From Vicinamibacteria bacterium (GTDB lineage: Bacteria > Acidobacteriota > Vicinamibacteria > Marinacidobacterales > Marinacidobacteraceae): 64,000 nt of DNA. A program made the translations under genes and the position numbers. The notes below the pieces were generated by a model. It ran no database searches. It was not told the origin of the DNA and saw only the letters and a list, made by a program, of their open reading frames with translations. This document shows positions 29,298 through 39,234 of the stretch, piece by piece. The stretch covers positions 2,240,001 to 2,304,000 of the forward strand of contig CAXXLQ010000004.1 in NCBI GenBank assembly GCA_963668695.2. Direction: 5' to 3'. Every line of letters begins with the position of its first letter. The stretch's first letter is position 1.

Positions 29298-30398
29298 ATG
29301 AAGCCGACCGATTCGCTGCTTCGCGCTCCCTCCGGGGCGATCACCCATGTGGGGGCGGCCGCGCGCCGCCGCCGGCAGGTCGAAGAGATCGCCGCCGCGG
29401 TATTCCGCGGTTGGGGCTACGAAGAGATCCTCCTGCCGCTCTTCGATCACGCGGAGGTATTCGCTCGTGGCGGTGGGCGCTGGTCCGAGCGCTCCAGCTA
29501 CCGGTTCACCGAAGGAGGGGATCTGCTCGCTCTCCGCGCCGACTTCACGGCGCTCGCGGCGCGGGCCGCGGTGACCCGTCTGCCCCGTGAAGCGGAGCGG
29601 CTCTTCTACCGTGGCGAGGTGGTGCGGCGACCGGGGCGCGGGCTCGGTCCCTCGGCTTTCCGGGAGGTGGGAGTGGAGCATTTCGCTGCCGGCCCGAGGG
29701 CGGATCTGGAGGTTCTGATGGTGGCCCTCGAAGTCCTCGAGCGCCTCGGGATAGACGGGTTCGTCTTCACTCTGGGGCACGCCGGCTACCCGCTGGGTCT
29801 TCTGGATGAGGCGCTCTCCGGGGCCGCCGATCGGGATGAGCGGCGCGCGGAAGCGCTCCGGGGCCTCTGGCGGCGCGACCCGTCCCGGATCCGGTCGGCG
29901 CTCGGAGCCGGCGCCGCGCCGCTCGTTCAGATGCTTGAGCTCTTCGGGGGGAAGGAGGTGCTGGAGGAGGCGGCGCGGAGCCGGCTCCCCGAGCGCGGCC
30001 GACAGGCGGCCAGCGAGCTCGCCAGGATCGCCCGGGTGCTCGAAGAGCTGGGTCTCTCCGACCGGTTCCGGTTCGATCTGGCCGAGCTCCGGGGCTTCGA
30101 CTACTACACCGGACTCATCTTCGAGATCCACGCTCCCGGCGCCGGGCAGGAGATTGGGGGAGGGGGCCGCTACAACGACCTGCTCGCGAACTTCGGCGAT
30201 CCGCGCCCGGCGGTGGGATTCTCCCTGTCGGTGGACCGGCTGGCCGGGATCCTCCCGGAATCCCCGGAACCCGCCCACGGCGGGGTCGAATCGATCGAGC
30301 GGGGACCGGACACGGAGATTGGGCTGGCCGCCCGCTTCCGGGCGGCCCGCGCCGCCCGGACCCGGGGCGCGCACATCCGTTTCAGGCCCGCGGGCTGA
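29298..30398 (+). CDS. hisZ: ATP phosphoribosyltransferase regulatory subunit
   Basis: WGYEEI..P.F, LALRADFT, FDLAELRGFDYYTGLIFE, GGGRYNDL, AVGFS; short-form hisG nearby. Confidence 0.9.
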   Translation: MKPTDSLLRAPSGAITHVGAAARRRRQVEEIAAAVFRGWGYEEILLPLFDHAEVFARGGGRWSERSSYRFTEGGDLLALRADFTALAARAAVTRLPREAERLFYRGEVVRRPGRGLGPSAFREVGVEHFAAGPRADLEVLMVALEVLERLGIDGFVFTLGHAGYPLGLLDEALSGAADRDERRAEALRGLWRRDPSRIRSALGAGAAPLVQMLELFGGKEVLEEAARSRLPERGRQAASELARIARVLEELGLSDRFRFDLAELRGFDYYTGLIFEIHAPGAGQEIGGGGRYNDLLANFGDPRPAVGFSLSVDRLAGILPESPEPAHGGVESIERGPDTEIGLAARFRAARAARTRGAHIRFRPAG

Positions 30399-30414
30399 GC
30401 CCGGCAGCCGGCAA

Positions 30415-30897
30415 CTAGCCGACGGAGCAGTCGACGACGTCGCAGCGAATGGTGACCGCCTCGCAGCCCGGCGTTACTACCGCGAGTTCGAGAGTTCCGA
30501 TCCACTCGATCGTCAACTGCCAACCGGGTCCCGCCCCGGTGGCGGGCCCGAATTTCCGGATGGTCGCCGCGCTCGGCGCGGGGTGCGACCATCCCGGCCG
30601 ATAGGGCGAAAGGACTTCGACGGCAGTCTCCGAACTCAGGTCGTTCAGCTCGAACACACCGCGGGGAATCCCCATCGTGGGGTCGGGGATTCCTCGATGA
30701 TCCGCCGAGATGGACAGATCGCCACATGGATCGGAGGATGGAGGAACCGGTTCCGGCGCGGGGGTTGGGGTGGCCGGGGGTGGAGCGGGGACGGGTCCTC
30801 CCACCGAACCCGACTCCCCGCATCCCGAAAGCGAGCCGCCAAGCAGAAGCACAACCAACACGGACGGCCGGACGGGGCGAGGTCGGGGACTGGTCAA
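30415..30897 (-). CDS. Cys-containing lipoprotein, matrixin partner B
   Basis: Lipobox LSGC, Pro-rich linker; paralogous to 31906-32343 (VEVLSPY, LTIEWIGTLEL, PGC....RC...C). Confidence 0.7.
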   Translation of the reverse strand: MTSPRPRPVRPSVLVVLLLGGSLSGCGESGSVGGPVPAPPPATPTPAPEPVPPSSDPCGDLSISADHRGIPDPTMGIPRGVFELNDLSSETAVEVLSPYRPGWSHPAPSAATIRKFGPATGAGPGWQLTIEWIGTLELAVVTPGCEAVTIRCDVVDCSVG

Positions 30898-31901
30898 GGG
30901 GGGGCTCGCCTTGGTCCGCGGATCGCCGGACCCCGTGTTTCGGTGACTTCGCCCGCTCGAACCTCGACAAAGCGCCAGTGGTCCCGTAGGTCCTGGTCAA
31001 CCGTCTGAAAGAAGTAGTAGTTGCGACTGCGGATCGGACGGATTATCAGCACGTTCCGGCCCGGAGGGACGCCCTCGACGAGGAAGCGGCCCTGTCGGTC
31101 GGAGAACGCCCCAGGACCGTCGCGGGCGCTTCCGCCGGAGACGTTCATTGTCTGGACGTAGGCGTACGCGATCGGAGATCCCTCCTCGTCGGTCAACTCC
31201 CCCCGGACGGCACCGTGCGAAGCGGTGAATCCGGGCGGCGGATACAGCACCGACACGCCCGAAATGTCGTCGGCGGTGAGCTCGTTATCGCGATGTCCGT
31301 CGGACATCACCGGATCGGGAGTCGTCGCCGAGAAGCGTTCGGTGTGCCCCAGGCCCAGGCAGTGGCCGATCTGGTGCAGGATCCACGCCTCCAACCACGG
31401 GGCGCTGTCGTTTTTTTCGAGAGCCATAGGGTTCAGCTCGATGTCGCAGCCGGTGATCACTCCATTGCGAATCGTCGTGGAATTGACCGCCGGCGGCGCG
31501 CGCGACTCCAGCAGCAGCGGGAAGCTGGAGACGCCGATGGTATTGAGTCCGTCGGTAGTGGAAGCCCAATTTCGGTTGACCGTCTCGTCCTCGAGAAACA
31601 ACCGGATCGTTGCGGGGGGGACATGGGTCCAGCGCCAGAGCGCGCGCCGGGCCGTTTCTTGCCACTCCCCGTTTCTCCAGAATCGGAGGCCGTCGTCGTT
31701 CCCGTTCTCGAGCAACCGGAAGGCGACGGACCGGTTGTCCTCAGCCCAGCGCGGGGCCTCGGCGGACGTGACGACTCGCTGCCGGGCGTCCCGGAAGGAG
31801 TAGGCGAGACCGAGGGGCACGGCCAGGGCGAACGCGGCGAGTCCCGCCAACCCGACGCCGGCGGCCCGCAGCACACCGGTTCCGGCTCGCGCGCGCCGCA
31901 T
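30894..31901 (-). CDS. Matrixin-like protein with E-to-Q substitution (HQIGHCLGLGH)
   Basis: DGLNTIG, GCDIELNP, PDPVMS Met-turn, LTADDISGVSVLYP, GRFLVEGVPPG. Confidence 0.8.
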   Translation of the reverse strand: MRRARAGTGVLRAAGVGLAGLAAFALAVPLGLAYSFRDARQRVVTSAEAPRWAEDNRSVAFRLLENGNDDGLRFWRNGEWQETARRALWRWTHVPPATIRLFLEDETVNRNWASTTDGLNTIGVSSFPLLLESRAPPAVNSTTIRNGVITGCDIELNPMALEKNDSAPWLEAWILHQIGHCLGLGHTERFSATTPDPVMSDGHRDNELTADDISGVSVLYPPPGFTASHGAVRGELTDEEGSPIAYAYVQTMNVSGGSARDGPGAFSDRQGRFLVEGVPPGRNVLIIRPIRSRNYYFFQTVDQDLRDHWRFVEVRAGEVTETRGPAIRGPRRAPP

Positions 31902-31905
31902 GTCG

Positions 31906-32343
31906 CTATCCGGCGCAGCCCCGCGGGTTACAGCGCACGACGACCACCGGGCAGCCGGGGGGCACGATCTCCAGCTCCAGATCCCCCAGCCAGTCCAGGG
32001 TCAGTTCCTGAAGGAAGCCGTCGCCGGTTGTTTCGGAGCGGAACCCCTGCAGGAAAACGAGAGGGCGGGGAATCACGCGGATATCGCTGTAGGCGCTGCC
32101 GAAGTAGGGGGAAAGGAGGTTGACCACCGTCCCCGGGTCCCGGTAGCGAATCGAGATCCTGCCCCGCTGCCGCCCGGTGCTCGGGTCCTCGGGACCCACC
32201 AGCGAGCCGAGGACAGATGTTTCGCCGCATTCCGTCTGCGCCGCCGCCTCGCTGCTGTCCTCCATGATCGGAGGGTCTCCCCGTCCGGCGAACGAGGCGA
32301 CAAGGACGATTGCGGCCGCGGCGAGGGCGTTGCGAGGCATCAC
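31906..32343 (-). CDS. Cys-containing secreted protein, matrixin partner A
   Basis: Signal-like N-terminus; VNLLSPY, LTLDWLGDLEL, PGC....RC...C; ATGA overlap with the upstream gene. Confidence 0.7.
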   Translation of the reverse strand: MMPRNALAAAAIVLVASFAGRGDPPIMEDSSEAAAQTECGETSVLGSLVGPEDPSTGRQRGRISIRYRDPGTVVNLLSPYFGSAYSDIRVIPRPLVFLQGFRSETTGDGFLQELTLDWLGDLELEIVPPGCPVVVVRCNPRGCAG

Positions 32344-33404
32344 TCGATGGTTGCCCGTCCGCGCCGGAGCGCGATGGCCGGAACCTCCGTCGTCTCACCC
32401 GCGGTGACTTCCGCGAACAACCACTGATCCTGGAACCAGAACGCAAATTCGCCGACGAACTGGTGGGCGCCGGGAATGACGCTCGGGTGGAACCAGAGCA
32501 TGACCGGGCCGGGCCGTAGCCCTTCGATAAGGAAACGGCCATCTTCGTCGGTGAACATTCCAGGACCGGCGCGGGGGCGCGTACTCCCGATCTCGACCGC
32601 CTGTGCGTAGATGTACCGAACCGGCGCCCCGTCGTCGAACCGGACGGTGCCCGTGAGACCACCGGTGGAATCACGGAATTCGGGCGCCGGATACAGGAGC
32701 GAGGCGGCCACCATGTCGTCCACGGTGAGCGACTCCCGAAAGTTCCCGTAGGACATCGCGGGGTCGGGCGAAAAGCCCGTGAGGTTCACTCCCGGCAGTT
32801 CAACGTGGATCGGCATCGGCATCGGATCCGAGTGGAGCAGGGGAAGGCAGTGCCCAATTTCGTGCAGCACGAGTCCGGTCAACTTCTCCAGTCGATCCTC
32901 TTCCGGGAGGGTGGCGGGGTAGGCGGGGTTCACCATCACGTCGCAGCCCACGAGCCGGTCGCCCTCGAGCACCCACGAGACCCGCCCGTTGATCCGGCCG
33001 CCTGTCGCCTCGAGGTCGGCGGAAAAGCCGATGGTGTTGATCCCGTCCCCGTCCGACCCATCCCGCTGCATGACGGGTTCCCCTTCCAGCCGGATGTCCA
33101 CTTCCGCGGTCGGGATGTCGTTCCACTGCTGGAAGGCGGCGCCGAGGAACTCGCGCCACGCGTCGTGGTCCGCGAACACATCCACGGGGAGGAGGTCGTT
33201 CTCGAGCAGCCGATAACGGAGCGGCCAGGCGTCGTCCGGCCAGCGGAAGGCCCCCGACTCCCCTCCGAGGATGGCGCCCTCCCGATCATGCATGAGCCGA
33301 TACGCCGGCGCCTCCGGCGCCGCGACCAGTGTTCCCCCGACAACAAGTCCCGCTCCCAGCCGAACCAGACGCGGGGCCACTCGATCCCTCCGAACGGAGT
33401 TCAT
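32340..33404 (-). CDS. Matrixin-family metalloprotease
   Basis: HEIGHCLPLLH, DGINTIG, GCDVMVNP, PDPAMS; GGAGG RBS before ATG 33404. Confidence 0.82.
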   Translation of the reverse strand: MNSVRRDRVAPRLVRLGAGLVVGGTLVAAPEAPAYRLMHDREGAILGGESGAFRWPDDAWPLRYRLLENDLLPVDVFADHDAWREFLGAAFQQWNDIPTAEVDIRLEGEPVMQRDGSDGDGINTIGFSADLEATGGRINGRVSWVLEGDRLVGCDVMVNPAYPATLPEEDRLEKLTGLVLHEIGHCLPLLHSDPMPMPIHVELPGVNLTGFSPDPAMSYGNFRESLTVDDMVAASLLYPAPEFRDSTGGLTGTVRFDDGAPVRYIYAQAVEIGSTRPRAGPGMFTDEDGRFLIEGLRPGPVMLWFHPSVIPGAHQFVGEFAFWFQDQWLFAEVTAGETTEVPAIALRRGRATIE

Positions 33405-33496
33405 GCCTCCCGGAGCGCGCCCCTCACGACGTGCATCGTACGCAAGATGCGCGCCGCGTAGCACGGCCGGCTCCTACAATCCCGGGTTTTCCTGCC

Positions 33497-34120
33497 ATGG
33501 ATCCTCCGCTCGTTGCCGCCCTCCCCACCGGGCGGCTGCTACGGGCGGTGACGGGCTTGCTGCGCCGCGCCGGGATTCCCTTGCCCGAGGGACATACCGA
33601 CCGCCGGCTGCGTCTTCAGGGGAACGGGATGGAGGTGTTGTTCGCCAAGGATCGCGATGTCCCCATCTACGTCGAGCACGGGGTGGCTGATTTCGGTGTG
33701 GTCGGCCGGGACATCCTGGAGGAACGGCCGGTCCACATCTACGAGCCGCTCAACCTCGGAGTTGGCCGCTGCCGGATGGTTCTTGCCCGGCTCGAGGGGC
33801 GTCGGTTACCCGAGCCGCCGCTCCGCATCGCGACGAAGTACCCCGCGGTGGCGAGGCGGCATTTTGGCGCCCAGGGGATTCCCGTCGAGCTGATCCGGCT
33901 CGCCGGCGCCATCGAACTGGCGCCGACGATGGATCTCGCCGATGCCATTGTGGACCTTGTCGAGACCGGGGCGACGCTCCGGGACAACGGGCTGATCGAG
34001 GAGGAAACCCTCTTCGAGAGCTCCGCGCGGGTCGTGGTGAACCGTGCCTCTTTCCGTCTCCGTGGATCGGCCCTCCAGGCGCTGCTTCGGCGGCTGGAGA
34101 CCGCGATGGGGAAAACATGA
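33497..34120 (+). CDS. hisG: ATP phosphoribosyltransferase, short form
   Basis: ALPTGRL, DVPIYVEHGVADFGVVGRD, RIATKYP, ADAIVDLVETGATLRDNGL. Confidence 0.95.
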   Translation: MDPPLVAALPTGRLLRAVTGLLRRAGIPLPEGHTDRRLRLQGNGMEVLFAKDRDVPIYVEHGVADFGVVGRDILEERPVHIYEPLNLGVGRCRMVLARLEGRRLPEPPLRIATKYPAVARRHFGAQGIPVELIRLAGAIELAPTMDLADAIVDLVETGATLRDNGLIEEETLFESSARVVVNRASFRLRGSALQALLRRLETAMGKT

Positions 34121-35496
34121 GCGGGGCGGCGCGCGGACTCCCGGGCCGCTTTGCGGTACCCATTTTCGAAGGCGCTGACGCCTATCGGGCCGACCCGCGG
34201 CGGACCAGTCTCGAAGGAACCGGTTCCGGCCAGATTGTCCGGGAGCGAACCGCGGCCATCCTGGAGCGGGTGCGACGGGAGGGGGACGACGCTCTCGTCG
34301 AGTTGGCGCGCCGGTTCGATTCCGCGGCCTTTGAATCGTCACACCTGCGGGTATTCCCGGGGGAACTCGCTCGCCTCGCTGCGGACGCCGGTCCGGAGGA
34401 GCGGGGTTTGCTCCGGCGGACCCGGGAACGCATCGCGGCGTACCACGAGCGCCAGCGCGAAACGTCGTTCCGGATGGATCTCGGGGAGGGATCGCGCCTC
34501 GAATGGCGATCCGCGCCGATCGCGTCAGTGGGGGTCTATGTGCCCGGCGGAGCGGCGGTGTACCCGTCCACCGTGCTCATGAACACGGTTCCGGCCGCGG
34601 TGGCCGGGGTTCCGCGGATTGCGCTCACGACGCCTCCGGGCGCGCTCGAACGCAGTCCGGTGCTGGCGGCGGCGATCCTCGCGGCCGGCGTCCACGAGGT
34701 CTACCGAATCGGCGGAGCCCAGGCCATCGCGGCCTTGGCCTTCGGAACGGCGACCGTTCCGCCGGTCGACAAGGTGGTGGGACCGGGGAACGCCTACGTA
34801 GCGGAGGCAAAGCGTCAACTCGGCCACCGTATCGGGACCGACGCATTCGCCGGACCCTCCGAAGTCGTGGTGCTGGCCGACGAAACGGCCCGGCCGGACT
34901 GGGTTGCCGCGGATCTCCTGGCCCAGGCCGAACATGGTTCCGGAGAGGAGCGGGCCATTCTCATCACCACCTCGCGCGACCTTGCGGAGGCAACGGTCGC
35001 CGAACTCGGGCGTCAGGCCGAAGGCCAGCCGAACGCCGAGACCATCGCCCGCGCCCTTGCCCGCCACGGAGCCGTGGTGCATGTCGAGCACCTCGAAGAC
35101 GCGGTGCGGCTTGCGGAGGAAATCGCGCCCGAACATCTCGAAGTGATGACGCGGGATCCCGAGGCCCTTGCCGACCGGTTCCCAAGTTCGGGCGCCGTGC
35201 TGCTGGGCCACCATTCGCCGGTTGCGATCGGAGACTACGGAGCGGGCCCGAACCACGTTCTCCCGACCGGCGGCACGGCCCGCTTCGCCTCGCCGCTCTC
35301 GGTCGGCGATTTTGTGAAACGGCAAAGCGTTCTCCGCTTCCGGAAAGCGACCCTCGAGTCGCTCCGGGATGACTTCGAGCGCTTTGCCCGCATCGAGGGA
35401 TTCGAGGCGCACGCCCGCTCCGTTGCGATCCGTTTCGAGGATGATCACCCGCAGGGAACCCCGGCCACCGGTAGCCCGGCGCCGAGCCGGCCTTAA
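34117..35496 (+). CDS. hisD: Histidinol dehydrogenase
   Basis: VGVYVPGG.A.YPSTVLM, GGAQAIAALAFG, GPGNAYV, AGPSE, DLLAQAEH, APEHLE, GPNHVLPT. Confidence 0.96.
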   Translation: MSGAARGLPGRFAVPIFEGADAYRADPRRTSLEGTGSGQIVRERTAAILERVRREGDDALVELARRFDSAAFESSHLRVFPGELARLAADAGPEERGLLRRTRERIAAYHERQRETSFRMDLGEGSRLEWRSAPIASVGVYVPGGAAVYPSTVLMNTVPAAVAGVPRIALTTPPGALERSPVLAAAILAAGVHEVYRIGGAQAIAALAFGTATVPPVDKVVGPGNAYVAEAKRQLGHRIGTDAFAGPSEVVVLADETARPDWVAADLLAQAEHGSGEERAILITTSRDLAEATVAELGRQAEGQPNAETIARALARHGAVVHVEHLEDAVRLAEEIAPEHLEVMTRDPEALADRFPSSGAVLLGHHSPVAIGDYGAGPNHVLPTGGTARFASPLSVGDFVKRQSVLRFRKATLESLRDDFERFARIEGFEAHARSVAIRFEDDHPQGTPATGSPAPSRP

Positions 35497-35715
35497 CAGC
35501 CTGTGGCAAAACCCACGCGGCCCAGTTCTCCCGGTGGGGGCTCGGCCGGCGATCCATCCCGTCTGAACCACGCCGCTTTGCGCCGCTCTGCGTTGCGTTT
35601 CGGTCGAAATACACCCGGGCCAGTTCTCCCGGTGGGGGCTCCTCCCTCACGCGCCTCGTCGGACGGGCGCCTCGCCGGTCTCGGCGCTCACACCACTTTA
35701 TCCACCGGCTGCTAG
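35493..35715. mobile_element. MITE-like element family A, copy 6
   Basis: TTAA (hisD stop) cagcctgtgg...ccaccggctg CTAG; two 18-bp modules. Confidence 0.85.
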
Positions 35716-35747
35716 GACAAACTGGCGGGTTCGCTACATTTGACGCC

Positions 35748-36875
35748 ATGAAGTCTGTTCCGCTCGACGCGATCCGTTCCGAGGTTTTCGAACTTGCCCC
35801 CGATGTGGGGTCCCGGCCGGATGTACCCATCTACCTGGACTGGAACGAGAGTCGCTGGCCGCTTCCCGAAGGCGTCCTTACCGCGATGGCGGAGGCGGTT
35901 GCGGGTACGGACGCCCGGCCGTATCCGGACCGGGGTTATCCGGAAGTCCGGGAGGCCATTGCCCGTCTCGCCGATTGGGATCCCGAGGGGGTCGCATTCG
36001 GAAACGGCGGAGACGACATGCTCGGCCTGATCGCGCTCGCCACGACAGGCGCCGGGCGTCGCGCCCTGTATCCGTCCCCGGGTTTTTCCATGTACCCCTG
36101 GGCGGTCCGGCTGGCCGGCGGGGAGCCCTCTCCGGTGGCCCTCCTCGACGACCTCTCCTACGACGTTCACGAGTTCGTCCGGCGAATCGAATCCGAGAAA
36201 CCCTCTCTCGTCTTCGTTACGAATCCGCACAACCCGACGGGGCAACTGCTTCCTCTGGATGCTCTCCGCGAGCTGGCCTCGGTGGCGCCCGGCTTCCTGT
36301 TGGTGGACGAGGCGTACCACGAGTTCAGCGGACAGACCGCCCGGCCGCTTCTCGACGAGTTCGGGAACGTCATCCTGCTGCGGACCTTCTCGAAGGCCAT
36401 GGCGATGGCGGGAGCCCGTCTCGGCTATCTGCTCGGCGCCCCCGATGCGATCTTCAATATCCGCCGGGCCCAGCCGCCGTTCCCGGTTGGGGTCTACACC
36501 TGCCGGGCGGCGTCCGCCGTCATGAGGCAGCGGGACGCCCTCCTCGAAATGACCGCCAAGATCACGGCGGAACGGGAATCGTTGGCCGACCGGCTCGCCG
36601 CGGTGCCCGGAGTCACGGTCTGGCCATCGCACACGAACTTCCTCCTCTTCAAGACCAAGGTGGAGAGCACCGTGCTGGCCCGCCGGTTCCTCGATCAGGG
36701 GGTAGCGCTGCGGGACTTCTCGCGCCATCCGCTGCTCCAGGGAACGCTCCGCGTCACCGTCGGGACTCCGGAAGAGAACGTGGTCTTCTTGGAGGCACTC
36801 GCCGACTCGCTGTCCCGGGCCGTTCTTGACTCAGAAGTTCAGGCGGCCGGGGTGCCGGAGTCCCCTGTCGCGTGA
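35748..36875 (+). CDS. hisC: Histidinol-phosphate aminotransferase
   Basis: LDWNES, YPD, GNGGDD, NPHNPTG, VDEAYHEF, RTFSKA..MAGARLGY. Confidence 0.93.
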   Translation: MKSVPLDAIRSEVFELAPDVGSRPDVPIYLDWNESRWPLPEGVLTAMAEAVAGTDARPYPDRGYPEVREAIARLADWDPEGVAFGNGGDDMLGLIALATTGAGRRALYPSPGFSMYPWAVRLAGGEPSPVALLDDLSYDVHEFVRRIESEKPSLVFVTNPHNPTGQLLPLDALRELASVAPGFLLVDEAYHEFSGQTARPLLDEFGNVILLRTFSKAMAMAGARLGYLLGAPDAIFNIRRAQPPFPVGVYTCRAASAVMRQRDALLEMTAKITAERESLADRLAAVPGVTVWPSHTNFLLFKTKVESTVLARRFLDQGVALRDFSRHPLLQGTLRVTVGTPEENVVFLEALADSLSRAVLDSEVQAAGVPESPVA

Positions 36876-37495
36876 GCGTTTCCGTCCCATCCAACCTCAC
36901 CGCGCCGCGCCGGACGGCGGTCCGGCTGCGCGAGACGCGCGAGACGCGCGTCCGGATCGAGCTCGACCTCGATCCGGCCGTGCCTTCAGTCGAAATCTCC
37001 ACCGGTATCGGCTTCTTCGATCACATGCTGGAGGCGTTGGCGCGGCATTCGGGGATGGCGCTGACGGTGGAGGCCGAAGGGGACCTCCACGTGGACGCCC
37101 ACCACACCATGGAGGACGTGGGGCTGACCCTCGGCGATTGCCTGGCCGAGGCGCTCGGCGATCTGAAGGGGGTGCGCAGGTTCGGGACGGCGCACGTTCC
37201 GCTCGACGAGGCGCTCTCGCGCGTGGTGGTGGATCTGTGCGGGCGGCCATTTCTGGCGTGGCGGGTTGTTTTCCCGGCCGAACGCGTGGGCGAGACACCC
37301 ACGGAGTTGTTCGAGGATTTCTTCCGGGCCCTGACCGACCGGGGCCGGCTCACGGTGCACGTGGACGGGCTCATCGGCCGCAACAGCCACCACATCGCCG
37401 AGACGGTCTTCAAGGCGTTCGCCCGAGCCTTCGCCGAGGCGAAGGAAGTGGTCGGGGGCGCCGTTCCCTCAACCAAGGGCACGCTTTCCGACTGA
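36872..37495 (+). CDS. hisB: Imidazoleglycerol-phosphate dehydratase
   Basis: RETRET, TGIGFFDHML, GDLHVDAHHTMED, PLDEAL, NSHHIAE, PSTKG. Confidence 0.96.
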   Translation: MSVSVPSNLTAPRRTAVRLRETRETRVRIELDLDPAVPSVEISTGIGFFDHMLEALARHSGMALTVEAEGDLHVDAHHTMEDVGLTLGDCLAEALGDLKGVRRFGTAHVPLDEALSRVVVDLCGRPFLAWRVVFPAERVGETPTELFEDFFRALTDRGRLTVHVDGLIGRNSHHIAETVFKAFARAFAEAKEVVGGAVPSTKGTLSD

Positions 37496-37685
37496 CAGGC
37501 CGTGGGAAAAGCGCCCCGCATGCCCTTCGGGAAAGGAAAACGCACGGACTGTCCAGCGCTTCGGATGCGGGGCACTTTGCCCACGGGTCGGCGGGGAGAA
37601 TCGCTTGGCGATTCTCCCCGCCGTCTTTCCTGTGGGGAGGGGAAACCCCTCCCCACACCCCTCCCCCGCGGCGCTGCGCGCCGCG
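37492..37685. repeat. Hairpin repeat family B, copy 1
   Basis: Reverse-complement match to 44985-45177; several stem-loops; begins at the hisB TGA. Confidence 0.8.
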
Positions 37686-37734
37686 GGTCCACACGAGTCG
37701 CCTCTTGCCACTTGCTTCTGGGCTAGAGGGAGAG

Positions 37735-38430
37735 GTGCTCTCGGATTCAAGAGCCGAGGAACGGGAGGTGGCCCCCCCACCTGCCGCCTTTGCCAGCAGC
37801 CGCGCGGATACCGTGGTCTTGGACCACGGCGCCGGGAATCTGGGCAGCGTTGTCCGGGCACTCGGGCGCCAGGGGGCCGATGTGCACCTCTCGTCCGATC
37901 CCGAACGCATCGCGAACGCGAAACGGCTCGTTCTGCCGGGGGACGGGCATTTCGGTGAAGCGATGCGCGCCCTTCGCGAACGCGGCCTCGAGGCGCCGCT
38001 CCGTCAAGCCGTTGAAACCGGAGCCTGGTTGCTCGGCATTTGTGTCGGTCTCCAGATGCTCTTTCCCGACAGCGATGAAGCGCCCGGCGTTTCAGGACTC
38101 GGCCTGTTGCCGGGGCGCGTCCGCCGCTTCGCGGGCGGTCTGCCGGTACCGCACATCGGCTGGAATCAGCTCGAGGAGATCGACGGGAGCCCCCTGTTTC
38201 GGGGTATCCCCGAAGGCGGGTACGCCTACTTCCTCCATTCGTTCTACGCGGATCCCTCCGCCTCCCGGCACCACCTCGCGGCCACCGAGTACGGGGTCCG
38301 TTTCGCTTCGGCGGCCGGGGAAGGCCGGGTGTTCGGAATCCAGTTCCATCCCGAAAAGAGCGGCCGTCTCGGTGCGGCGGTGCTTGCGAACTTTCTGACG
38401 CTCGGCGAGCCGCTGACCGGCCTGGAATGA
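37735..38430 (+). CDS. hisH: Imidazole glycerol phosphate synthase glutamine amidotransferase subunit (start approximate)
   Basis: DHGAGNLGSV, LPGDG.F, LGICVGLQML, PHIGWN, YFLHSF, QFHPEKS. Confidence 0.94.
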   Translation: MLSDSRAEEREVAPPPAAFASSRADTVVLDHGAGNLGSVVRALGRQGADVHLSSDPERIANAKRLVLPGDGHFGEAMRALRERGLEAPLRQAVETGAWLLGICVGLQMLFPDSDEAPGVSGLGLLPGRVRRFAGGLPVPHIGWNQLEEIDGSPLFRGIPEGGYAYFLHSFYADPSASRHHLAATEYGVRFASAAGEGRVFGIQFHPEKSGRLGAAVLANFLTLGEPLTGLE

Positions 38431-39218
38431 CCGAAACCGGCATCGAACCGATCCCGGCGGTAGATCTCTCGGGAGGGCGTGTCGTCCGTCTCCTGCGCGG
38501 GATTCGCGACCGCGAGACCGTGTACGGCGACGATCCCCTTGAGGTAGCGGTGGACTTCGCCGCCGCGGGCGCCCGTTGGCTCCACGTCGTGGATCTCGAC
38601 GCCGCCTTCGGCGACGGGGGGAACCGCGAGGCCGTGCGGCGGCTGCTCAGGGAGTGTCCCCTTCAGGTCCAGGTAGCGGGAGGCGTCCGGACGGCGCGGT
38701 CCTATGCGGAACTCCGTGAGGAGGGAGCTGCTCGGGTGGTGTTTGGGACCGTCGCCGTCGAAGCTCCGGAGGTCGTGGAAGAAGCCATCCGGATGGACGG
38801 CGCCGGGGTCGCGGTGGCGCTCGACGTGCGCGGAGGCCGCTTGCAGACCCGAGGATGGGTAAAGCCGGATCCGGGAGGCACGGCTACCGGGGGAGCGGGA
38901 CCCGAGGCAGCGGCCCGCCATTGGGGAGAGGTTGGCGCGGCCGCCCTGGTCTACACGAGCGTCGAGCGGGACGGCACGATGGAAGGGCCGGATGCGGAGG
39001 CGGCGCTGCGGGTGGCTGCCGCCTCCGGACTTCCGACCATCCTGGCCGGAGGGGTGGGGGCGCTGTCGCACCTCGAGGCGGTGCGCCTGGTCACCCGGAA
39101 CGCCGGGTTGTCGCCCGGGAATGGTCCGGCCCGGGGCCGGCTGAGCGGGGTCATCCTCGGGCGTGCGCTCTACGAAAAACGGTTCACCCTCCCCGAGGCC
39201 CGATTGGCGCTCACGTAA
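38427..39218 (+). CDS. hisA: ProFAR isomerase
   Basis: IPAVDLSGGRVVRL, WLHVVDLDAA, QVAGGVR, YTSVERDGTMEG, GRALYE. Confidence 0.93.
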   Translation: MTETGIEPIPAVDLSGGRVVRLLRGIRDRETVYGDDPLEVAVDFAAAGARWLHVVDLDAAFGDGGNREAVRRLLRECPLQVQVAGGVRTARSYAELREEGAARVVFGTVAVEAPEVVEEAIRMDGAGVAVALDVRGGRLQTRGWVKPDPGGTATGGAGPEAAARHWGEVGAAALVYTSVERDGTMEGPDAEAALRVAAASGLPTILAGGVGALSHLEAVRLVTRNAGLSPGNGPARGRLSGVILGRALYEKRFTLPEARLALT

Positions 39219-39234
39219 CAGGGTCCGCTCTTGG

